20,924 nucleotides of DNA from the NCBI GenBank assembly GCA_051747585.1, contig JBNJGH010000062.1, positions 1-20,924 on the forward strand, written 5' to 3'. The notes beneath the pieces were generated by a model. The model searched no databases. It saw only the letters and a program-made list of their open reading frames with translations, and was not told the origin of the DNA. The position numbers were made by a program, and so were the translations under genes. Positions 13,791 to 20,924 of the stretch are shown here, piece by piece (the first letter of the stretch is position 1; the number at the start of each line of letters is the position of its first letter). This DNA comes from Candidatus Rifleibacteriota bacterium (lineage in GTDB: Bacteria > Muiribacteriota > Ozemobacteria > Ozemobacterales > Ozemobacteraceae).

Positions 13791-14459
13791 ATGGAAAAAA
13801 CAAATTCAAGATGGTTCTTTATTTTCATACTTATCAGTCTGATTAGCATATTCTTCTTTCCGAGAACCAGTTATGCTGAAACCAACTGGATGAAATTCTT
13901 TCGTAAAGACGGCTTGTTAAACACCTACAAACGTGCATACGCGACTTTTAACGACAAATTGTTGATCGGAACTTTCGGCGAGGGATTGCATATCCACGAT
14001 GGAGACAAGGTTACAAAGTTTACCGATAAAAATACCCGTACCAGTCCGCAACGACCCGACGGTTTAATTTCTGATTATATTACCTGCATAAACGTTGATG
14101 AAAAGCAAGGCACGATATGGATAGGGACCAATGCAGGTTTATCGAGCTGTAATCTCGAAGGAAAAGAGTGGCAAAGACACACAACCGAAAATGGGCTTCC
14201 GAACGATGTAATAAGAGACATCGCCATAGCTCGTGATGGAACCGTATGGGTAGCTACACCAATGGGTCTTGCACAGTATAACGGCGAAACCTGGAAAGTT
14301 CATAACGACAAAAACGGCTTGCACCAGAACAGCATTCATTCTCTTAACGTTAAAGACGATTCTTTATGGGTTGGTACCATTGGCGGAACAGTCAGCAGAT
14401 ACAAAAACGGAAGCTGGAAGACCTTTGTAACTTTCCGGGACGACGATTGGAATTCCTGA
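13791..14459 (+). CDS. Secreted stand-alone beta-propeller repeat protein (two-component regulator propeller, Reg_prop-like)
   Basis: Signal peptide (SYA|E). Repeats GLISDYITCI...IWIGTNAGL, NGLPNDVIRDIAIARDGTVWVAT and NGLHQNSIHSL...LWVGT. Confidence 0.85.
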   Translation: MEKTNSRWFFIFILISLISIFFFPRTSYAETNWMKFFRKDGLLNTYKRAYATFNDKLLIGTFGEGLHIHDGDKVTKFTDKNTRTSPQRPDGLISDYITCINVDEKQGTIWIGTNAGLSSCNLEGKEWQRHTTENGLPNDVIRDIAIARDGTVWVATPMGLAQYNGETWKVHNDKNGLHQNSIHSLNVKDDSLWVGTIGGTVSRYKNGSWKTFVTFRDDDWNS

Positions 14460-14483
14460 TAAAAGACAACCGGCCCTATTTTA

Positions 14484-15380
14484 ATGTTTCAACCCAATCA
14501 CCGCGGCATTTACGAATATTTATGGTCTGAACATAAATACCTTGCAATTAGCGTATCGATTAAAGCGTTTCAGGGAACAGCCGGTAAGCTTGGCAAAGTG
14601 CCCCAATGCACCACTCTTTTAGGGCGCATTGCAAACCACGGCCGATCTGAAAAACCAGAGTTACTCAATGCTTTACTAAGTGCGTACATGCACCTTAAAC
14701 CCTTGCTGACAAGACAGCAGCGTGAAAGCGTCGTAAAAAAGCTGCTGACAGATATTAAAGAAGGCTCACAACAGGTTTTTGACCTTGCCTGCGAATTTAA
14801 CGAAACCAGCATCTGGGGTTGTCGTTTATTTTATCCATTTGGCAAAGCAGTCTACAAATTCTGGGATGTTCAGGAGTTACCAGGCTTATGGCTTTGCTTT
14901 GGCCCTTTTCAATTACATATCGCACCAGCAAAGGTAGCAGAACGAATCTGCAACAGATGTGAACTGCGCCCCGAACAGCTTAAAGCCAATTTTAAAGCTC
15001 TAAGAACCGGTGTCAGCAGCGATGAATATCAAAGTTGGCCGGCAAATCTACGCAAAGAGCTGGAAAACAACAACTTTGCAGCAACACCAGGCAAAAGGGT
15101 GAGCCTTAACCCAAGATTCAATATAGATGATCTACCTGGAAAAATTACACCTCAAGGCAACATAGACTTCGAGCATGTTTCGGCAATGATCCTGGAAGAA
15201 GTCTGGGATACAATTGCCCCCGAAACTATTGGTCGGTTGCCTGAATTAACTGATTTTAAGAAGGGCTGGAAAAACCTTAAAGATTCTATGCATGTAAAAT
15301 CTGAGTTTTCTTTAGCAGAATCTTATGAATGGTTAAGCAAAGCGTTTAACGAGCAAAAGCAGAAAGAAGCGGGCAGATAA
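14484..15380 (+). CDS. Hypothetical cytoplasmic protein
   Basis: 298-aa ORF that fills the gap between its neighbours. No recognisable motif. Confidence 0.75.
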   Translation: MFQPNHRGIYEYLWSEHKYLAISVSIKAFQGTAGKLGKVPQCTTLLGRIANHGRSEKPELLNALLSAYMHLKPLLTRQQRESVVKKLLTDIKEGSQQVFDLACEFNETSIWGCRLFYPFGKAVYKFWDVQELPGLWLCFGPFQLHIAPAKVAERICNRCELRPEQLKANFKALRTGVSSDEYQSWPANLRKELENNNFAATPGKRVSLNPRFNIDDLPGKITPQGNIDFEHVSAMILEEVWDTIAPETIGRLPELTDFKKGWKNLKDSMHVKSEFSLAESYEWLSKAFNEQKQKEAGR

Positions 15381-15386
15381 GTCGAA

Positions 15387-16427
15387 TTAGCCGCCGGCAT
15401 AAGAATGCAAACTACTTATTAAAAAGTTAACCCCAAACAAAGTAAACATCGTAACAATAAAACCAAGTACCGAGACCGCAGCAGTCCAAACACCTCGCCA
15501 ACCTCTTGTCAAACGTAAATGTAAATAAGCTGAATAAACGAGAAATGTAATCAAGGCCCAGGATTCTTTTGGATCCCAGCCCCAGTATCTTCCCCAGGCT
15601 TTGTTCGCCCATATCATGCCAAATATAAGCCCACCAACCGTAAATAAAGGATACCCCAGAGCTATTGCTCTATAAGTAAGGTTGTCAAGCACCTGTGTTT
15701 CTGGCAGTAATCTGCTTGTGCCCGACTCAAAAAACTTTTTGTATTTCCAGATAAGAAAAACGAGAACAACAGTTGCAAGCAAAGCAGGCAAAAGCACCCA
15801 GTATAGAAGAGTATCCGCCCGCTGTTGATAAACAGCATGGTCTTTGAGATGAAAATACAAAAGGGTCATTCCGACGAAAAAAGAAACAGGAAGACCTCCG
15901 ACTACAAACAAAGCCAATCCCTTTTCTTTTATACTAACTTTACCTCCTTCATTTACAAGAAAACTTCGCAAACAAAGCATATAGCTGAGCATGAAAGCAA
16001 GAGCAAAGCAGGCCTCGCCGACAAAAGCAAGCGAAACATGCAAATGAAGCCAGTATGACTGCAATGCCGGTATTAAAGGTTTAATCTGAGAGGAGAAAAG
16101 AGAGGCTATGCCGATCATCAATATCGAACAAACTGCGGAACCAGCTTCTAACAAAGGGAACGGTCTTTTCAAGGTAAAAAAGAAGCCAGCAGCCGCAACA
16201 AAGGTTGAAAGACAAACCATCGATTCGTACATATTAGAAAGAGGAGGATGCCCGGCATTGTACCAGCGCACACCCATGCCGGCAAATGCTGCTGAAAAAG
16301 CCAGAGCCAAACAAAACCGTGCTGCTTTGTAAAGTCGATCTTTATTTAAACTGACAGCAGCAGTGTAAAGAATAAAGGCTGCCAGATAGCCAAAAGTAGA
16401 CAGGGTAAAAATATTGGTTTCATTCAT
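15387..16427 (-). CDS. ccsA: System II cytochrome c biogenesis heme-handling membrane protein (ResC/CcsA)
   Basis: GHPPLSNMYES, LIPALQSYWLHLHV, WWD domain WANKAWGRYWGWDPKESW, YLHLR and the terminal LHSY. Confidence 0.96.
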   Translation of the reverse strand: MNETNIFTLSTFGYLAAFILYTAAVSLNKDRLYKAARFCLALAFSAAFAGMGVRWYNAGHPPLSNMYESMVCLSTFVAAAGFFFTLKRPFPLLEAGSAVCSILMIGIASLFSSQIKPLIPALQSYWLHLHVSLAFVGEACFALAFMLSYMLCLRSFLVNEGGKVSIKEKGLALFVVGGLPVSFFVGMTLLYFHLKDHAVYQQRADTLLYWVLLPALLATVVLVFLIWKYKKFFESGTSRLLPETQVLDNLTYRAIALGYPLFTVGGLIFGMIWANKAWGRYWGWDPKESWALITFLVYSAYLHLRLTRGWRGVWTAAVSVLGFIVTMFTLFGVNFLISSLHSYAGG

Positions 16428-17955
16428 TTTCTGAGTTATCCGTTTTTGAATTTTTCCGGGTTAAGAGTATTTCGTCTTTTAACCGGGTAAGATGTTCGCT
16501 TAAGGCTTCAGGCGGGCGATTACCCGTAACAATTAATCTTGCAGTGCCGTCATTATATAAAATTATCCACTCTTCACGATAGGTTATGTAAAAAGTCATA
16601 ATGAGTCCGAGAGTAAAAAGAATGCAGCCTGCCCACACGATGGGCTTACCAGGATCGTAAGTCATCTGCAGACCGCTTTCATATTCAGGTTGTGCCCCAA
16701 CAAAAGTAAACAAAAATGGCAGATTAGAAACATGTGATGCAGAGAACACGTTTTCTGCCGGAAAAGCCCATGCCCTGCCGACGGTTTCTTCTTTTTCACC
16801 GTAGGCAACCAACCTGGCTGCGGGATTATTTAGCTGATTTGAAACAGAAACAAACCTTTTGTCTATAATTCTAAAATCCGGCATAAAATCATGAAGAACA
16901 AACTTTAAAGGTGACCAGGAAAATTGTACCGGCTTTTCGAGCTCGAGCTCAATCATAACAGGGAAAGTAGCACCCGGGGTAACAAATTCCCGCCAGTGTT
17001 CTTTATCTTTGAGCAATTCAACTTTAAGCACAACCTTGTTGTATATTTTATTCCAGTTTGCCTGATAAAAAGTATACTTTTCAAATGTTACCGGCTGGTT
17101 GACCCTGGCAACACCACTGGCAAGAACTTCACCTTTTTTAGAAAAAGAAACGGCCGAATTCCAGCTTTTTATTCCAGCTGCTTTACCTCCTTCGTTCTTG
17201 TGACGGTCGACCCATAAGCGATTGAAAACAACTTTAAAAGAGGGGCTGGCGAGTCCCTGCGAATACTGTTCATGTAGTTTTTTTATTTTCTGACGCTCAA
17301 CATTGAGGCTGGGTGCTTCAGGAGAAAAATAGCGCATATTTCTGGCTTCACGGCTTAATCTATCGGCTTTTTGTGCTGCTCTTACCACCTCCAGCGATGG
17401 AACAGGCACTTTATCGCCTTCTCTGCCTCTTACTGCCATTTCTACACCAAAAGCAAGGCCCAGCAATCCCCCGCCAAGAATTGCAAGAAAGCCAATATGA
17501 ATAAAAAGCCCACCGAGTAACGACAAGCTTCCACTACGGCGAAAAGCTAAAACCCTGTTATCAGGCAGCGTTCTTTTCTTTGAAAAAACCTCTTCGACCC
17601 GGTTTGAATCTTCGAGTTCGACAACTTCTACAACAGTATAAGCTTCGAGTTCTTTAACTTTTGCATTTTTAAGTCGGTTAACAAGTCGTCCTCTGGTTGC
17701 TTTCAACCTGGTAACAATACACACAAGAGTCGAAATTGACAAAAACCATAAACAGAACTGAAAAATAAAGCTGTGATATATATCATCGAAACCAAGGTAG
17801 AGTATAAGATGCCCTGCCTTCGGATACATCTGCATATACTGACGTGCCTCCATTGACTGGGGAATAAAAGTTCCCAGCATAGACAGTATGGTAAGGGCAC
17901 AAATAATCAGGACGGCACTTTTAAGAGAAGCCAGAATTCTTAGTATTGTTCTCAT
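16420..17955 (-). CDS. resB: System II cytochrome c biogenesis protein ResB/Ccs1
   Basis: LASLKSAV...GTFIPQ, LGFDDIYHS, FIHIGF (conserved His), VNQP...FYQ and SGLQMTYDPGKPIVWAG. Overlaps ccsA by 8 nt. Confidence 0.94.
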   Translation of the reverse strand: MRTILRILASLKSAVLIICALTILSMLGTFIPQSMEARQYMQMYPKAGHLILYLGFDDIYHSFIFQFCLWFLSISTLVCIVTRLKATRGRLVNRLKNAKVKELEAYTVVEVVELEDSNRVEEVFSKKRTLPDNRVLAFRRSGSLSLLGGLFIHIGFLAILGGGLLGLAFGVEMAVRGREGDKVPVPSLEVVRAAQKADRLSREARNMRYFSPEAPSLNVERQKIKKLHEQYSQGLASPSFKVVFNRLWVDRHKNEGGKAAGIKSWNSAVSFSKKGEVLASGVARVNQPVTFEKYTFYQANWNKIYNKVVLKVELLKDKEHWREFVTPGATFPVMIELELEKPVQFSWSPLKFVLHDFMPDFRIIDKRFVSVSNQLNNPAARLVAYGEKEETVGRAWAFPAENVFSASHVSNLPFLFTFVGAQPEYESGLQMTYDPGKPIVWAGCILFTLGLIMTFYITYREEWIILYNDGTARLIVTGNRPPEALSEHLTRLKDEILLTRKNSKTDNSENE

Positions 17956-17964
17956 AACCAGCTG

Positions 17965-17993
17965 AGTATATTTGATTTAACAGATAAAGACAA
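17965..17993 (-). promoter_or_regulatory. sigma70-type promoter of resB-ccsA (near-leaderless)
   Basis: TTGTCT (17993-17988)-N17-TATACT (17970-17965), only 9 nt before ATG 17955. No SD. Confidence 0.6.
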
Positions 17994-17999
17994 CAAGGT

Positions 18000-20924
18000 T
18001 CAATCGTTTTTTTCGTAATCGACAATCGCCAGGGTTACATCGTCATCCCAGGGGACTGTCCCAGTAAAGGCTTTCAATTCTTTGTATGCCTTTTCGATAA
18101 ATTCACTTCTATAAATATCAAGCCCCAGTTTATTAACCATGGTTTCAAGACGGTCGTAGCCGAATTGTTGCCCATTTTCGTCAGCCGCCTCTATTAAGCC
18201 ATCGCTGAACATGACAATTCGACATTTTTGAGGCAATTTAATTCTTGAAAGCTTGAACTTTCCTTTTCCGGTAGAACCCAGAGGATAACCAATCTGCTTT
18301 AAGCAACTTGTTTCATTTTTGCTTAAAAGAAATGGATATGATTGCCCGGCGTTGCTGTATAAAAGTTCGCCGTCGGGCGTTATCAAGCCAGAAAAGCAGG
18401 TCATCATTTTTATTCGTTTCAGATGTTCTAACAAAAAATCATTCATAGATTGCAATATTTGATCAGGGCTGCGCAAGCCTGAGTCATGCAAAGCGCAAAA
18501 CGCTGCTTTAGCCATATTAACAACCAGAGCAGCAGAAATAGAATGCCCCGAAACATCCCCCATTATAAAAACAAGCCCCTCGGCGCAAACAAAATTGTCG
18601 TAGTAATCCCCGCCAATTTCTTCTGCAGATTGAGTTTTGCCTAAAAAGGCACAATTCCTGGTAATGGTTTCTTCGGCCGGCAAAATACTTGTTTGGACAA
18701 AATTGGCAACTTCCAGTTCTTTAATACCCTCTAAGGCGGTATTAAATGTATTGCCCAGTTTTTCCCATTCATCACTTGTTTTGATTTTAATACGTGCATT
18801 ATGGTCTCGCTCTTTTAGAGCCCTTACTCCCTGCATAATTTCATTAGAGGGATTTATAATGTTAGTTTTCAATTTCAAATAAACTGAAATTAAAAGGAAA
18901 AACAACAAAGACAGTCCGGCTAAAATAAAGTTTCGATATTTGTTTACTGCCTTGTCGATTACTTTAATCGGCATACAGGCTATCAGAATGTAATCACGGC
19001 AACTGCGACCTACGAATGCACAGCGTAGATTTTTCTCGCCATTAATGTAAACCTCATCAACCAGTATATTTCTAGGTGGCTTAAGCATTCTTAACAGGGA
19101 TTCCATTCTCTGCCAGGTATCGAGCCATGGGTAACTCAGCCTTAATGGCAGCCCGGAAATAGCAAAATATTTTACCGATTGAGGCCATTCTTCAGGCTTT
19201 GCAAACAAACTGTCAAAATACTGGTTAATAGAAAGAGAAGCCATCCCATAAAGAATGGCGCAATAAAGGGCCTTACCACTGGTATCGGTTAATACATCGA
19301 CAAAATTACGAGATTGATACCGCCCGAAGCCAAACTCAACATAGTCTCCAAGATTCTGCCCAATAATCTGGACCGGATTCACATCTGAATCTTCGGCAAA
19401 AGTTCCCAATACTATCTCAGAAACATTTTTTTTCCGTTTGGAAACAGAAAAACCATGCTCAAGATTATATGAATCAACTATATCTCGACCGGCCATTTTC
19501 CCAAGTGAAGACAATACAACCTTGCTCCGTTTCGAAGTAAAACTGCAATATTCGTTCAGGCTAGCTTCTTTCGGTTGTAATGCAAAACTGATTTCTTCAC
19601 TCAAAGGAACCCAACCAAGTTTTAAATATTGTTTGATTACTTCTTTGCGGTATTCCATAGGGAAAAAAACAAGCCCTCTGGTTCTGCTCGTAGAACTGGA
19701 ACTGGGCCTGACAAATTTGCCTTTGTTATTTACCAACAGCGTCGTATCAACGATCATGGCAATTTCGAGACGAACTGTTTCATTAATAAATTTTTGCAGG
19801 CTATCCTGACTACCGTCAAAAATCTCAAAAATATTTTTAAATCTGTATTTGTTTTTTCTAAGCTGAACTTTATGAGAAGAATCTACCTGAAACAAGTAGG
19901 ACTCGAGCAATTTTGCATATTCTATTTTCAGGGTTTCTCTTTGTGTTTCTAAAAAAAAGCTCCAGTAAACAGCAACCATTGTGGCGGGCAAAATAATGCC
20001 AACAAATGAAATACCTGCTACCAGATTTTTTAAAGATAATATTCCCGTTGAGCGATTAATTAGAAAGTAATATCCGACCAGTGGCAGCCAGAAAAATGGC
20101 AAAGCCCAAACCCATAGAGGCATTGGAACTTCAAGATTGTCAGGAGCAAAGACAAGAATTCTACCATCAGGCTTTACCGACAAAAGAATCTCATGCCCTT
20201 CAAAATTTATTAAAGTACTTTGATTTTTAATTGCAAAGGTTTTTACCAGCGCAGCCAGATCAAAAGCATTCAAATAATGACTGTTAATTATTGAAAATGA
20301 AGGGTTGAACAAATCAACATAGCTGATTGTGCCTGCGTCTATTTTATTCTTTCTTAACTGATGATTTGCAAGAAAATTGGCGGGAAACTTCCCTTTATGG
20401 AGAAGAAAAATTGCAGCGCTGACTGCAACCGTCTTGTCATTTAAAGACTCAGCTTTATACCATGCCGCATAAGAGGTTTCAGGACCACGGTTCAGCTTTT
20501 GCAAAGATAGCGGTTTAGCCCGTAAAGTCTCAAAACCAACGCCTCCATGTAACAGCTTAATAATACGATTTTTTTTGGGCGTTATGCTTCTTCTTAAAGG
20601 GTGTTGCCCAATATCAAGGTTTTCTAATAAAAGTTGCCAGTCAGCTGCATGCTTTAAATTACCAAGTGGTTTTCCATTTCGAAATAAAACCAGCTCGGCA
20701 GCATCTGATGGAATCAAATTGTCTTTTTTCCATTCACTGAAAATCTCGGCAGCCTGCTTCGGTGTTGTGTTGACAATGTTCCTTAACAGTGATTTAACCT
20801 GAGAATCAAGAGCGTTTTTAAACGAAAATTCAGCATGAAAATTTTCAAGCAGCTTTTCTGCCTTTGCAAACAATTCATTTCTATATTCCTGTTGTTTAAA
20901 AGAAAGCACAAACCAGCATAAAAG
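18000..20924 (-). CDS. Large multi-pass membrane HAMP + PP2C (SpoIIE-type) phosphatase, 5' end outside the window
   Basis: The frame is open to the window edge (LLCWFVLSFKQ...). Several TM segments, a HAMP domain (NP...GVRALKERDHNARIKIKTSDEWEKLGNTFN) and PP2C motifs IGGDYYD, GDVSGH, NAGQ, FSDGL and DDVT. Confidence 0.9.
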   Translation of the reverse strand, partial: LLCWFVLSFKQQEYRNELFAKAEKLLENFHAEFSFKNALDSQVKSLLRNIVNTTPKQAAEIFSEWKKDNLIPSDAAELVLFRNGKPLGNLKHAADWQLLLENLDIGQHPLRRSITPKKNRIIKLLHGGVGFETLRAKPLSLQKLNRGPETSYAAWYKAESLNDKTVAVSAAIFLLHKGKFPANFLANHQLRKNKIDAGTISYVDLFNPSFSIINSHYLNAFDLAALVKTFAIKNQSTLINFEGHEILLSVKPDGRILVFAPDNLEVPMPLWVWALPFFWLPLVGYYFLINRSTGILSLKNLVAGISFVGIILPATMVAVYWSFFLETQRETLKIEYAKLLESYLFQVDSSHKVQLRKNKYRFKNIFEIFDGSQDSLQKFINETVRLEIAMIVDTTLLVNNKGKFVRPSSSSTSRTRGLVFFPMEYRKEVIKQYLKLGWVPLSEEISFALQPKEASLNEYCSFTSKRSKVVLSSLGKMAGRDIVDSYNLEHGFSVSKRKKNVSEIVLGTFAEDSDVNPVQIIGQNLGDYVEFGFGRYQSRNFVDVLTDTSGKALYCAILYGMASLSINQYFDSLFAKPEEWPQSVKYFAISGLPLRLSYPWLDTWQRMESLLRMLKPPRNILVDEVYINGEKNLRCAFVGRSCRDYILIACMPIKVIDKAVNKYRNFILAGLSLLFFLLISVYLKLKTNIINPSNEIMQGVRALKERDHNARIKIKTSDEWEKLGNTFNTALEGIKELEVANFVQTSILPAEETITRNCAFLGKTQSAEEIGGDYYDNFVCAEGLVFIMGDVSGHSISAALVVNMAKAAFCALHDSGLRSPDQILQSMNDFLLEHLKRIKMMTCFSGLITPDGELLYSNAGQSYPFLLSKNETSCLKQIGYPLGSTGKGKFKLSRIKLPQKCRIVMFSDGLIEAADENGQQFGYDRLETMVNKLGLDIYRSEFIEKAYKELKAFTGTVPWDDDVTLAIVDYEKND

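Noticed and set aside
20907..20909. GTG at 20909 as the true start of the HAMP-PP2C gene
   Set aside because: The frame stays open to the window edge within a hydrophobic stretch and there is no SD, so the real start is probably upstream.

Overview
Bacterial chromosomal window, roughly 40% GC by eye. Large membrane-bound HAMP/SpoIIE phosphatases, DivIVA-YggU, System II cytochrome c biogenesis and secreted hypotheticals suggest Ca. Riflebacteria; this is an inference and was not checked. The window opens on the minus strand with an rRNA-operon promoter and leader that runs into the first ~10 nt of a probable 16S gene. Next come a stand-alone XdhC-family gene and, divergently, an operon of an orphan N4/N6 DNA methyltransferase, divIVA, yggU (DUF167) and a membrane protein. 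Three secreted Zn hydrolases follow: a PLC/S1-P1-type enzyme, a metalloprotease with a glycine-zipper tail, and an M30-like protease with a C-terminal Ig/sorting domain. The last of these ends a minus-strand run of winged-helix protein, GAF-PP2C phosphatase and protease. The rest holds three plus-strand hypotheticals, resB-resC/ccsA and a 5'-truncated HAMP-PP2C gene. Features not in the ORF track: (i) four identically spaced sigma28 (FliA/WhiG)-like promoters, one in front of the MTase-divIVA operon; (ii) a 52-aa membrane microprotein with CxxC and a perfect SD; (iii) nested REP/MITE-like palindromes and ACGANN hexamer arrays in three intergenic regions. No CRISPR array, transposase or tRNA was seen.
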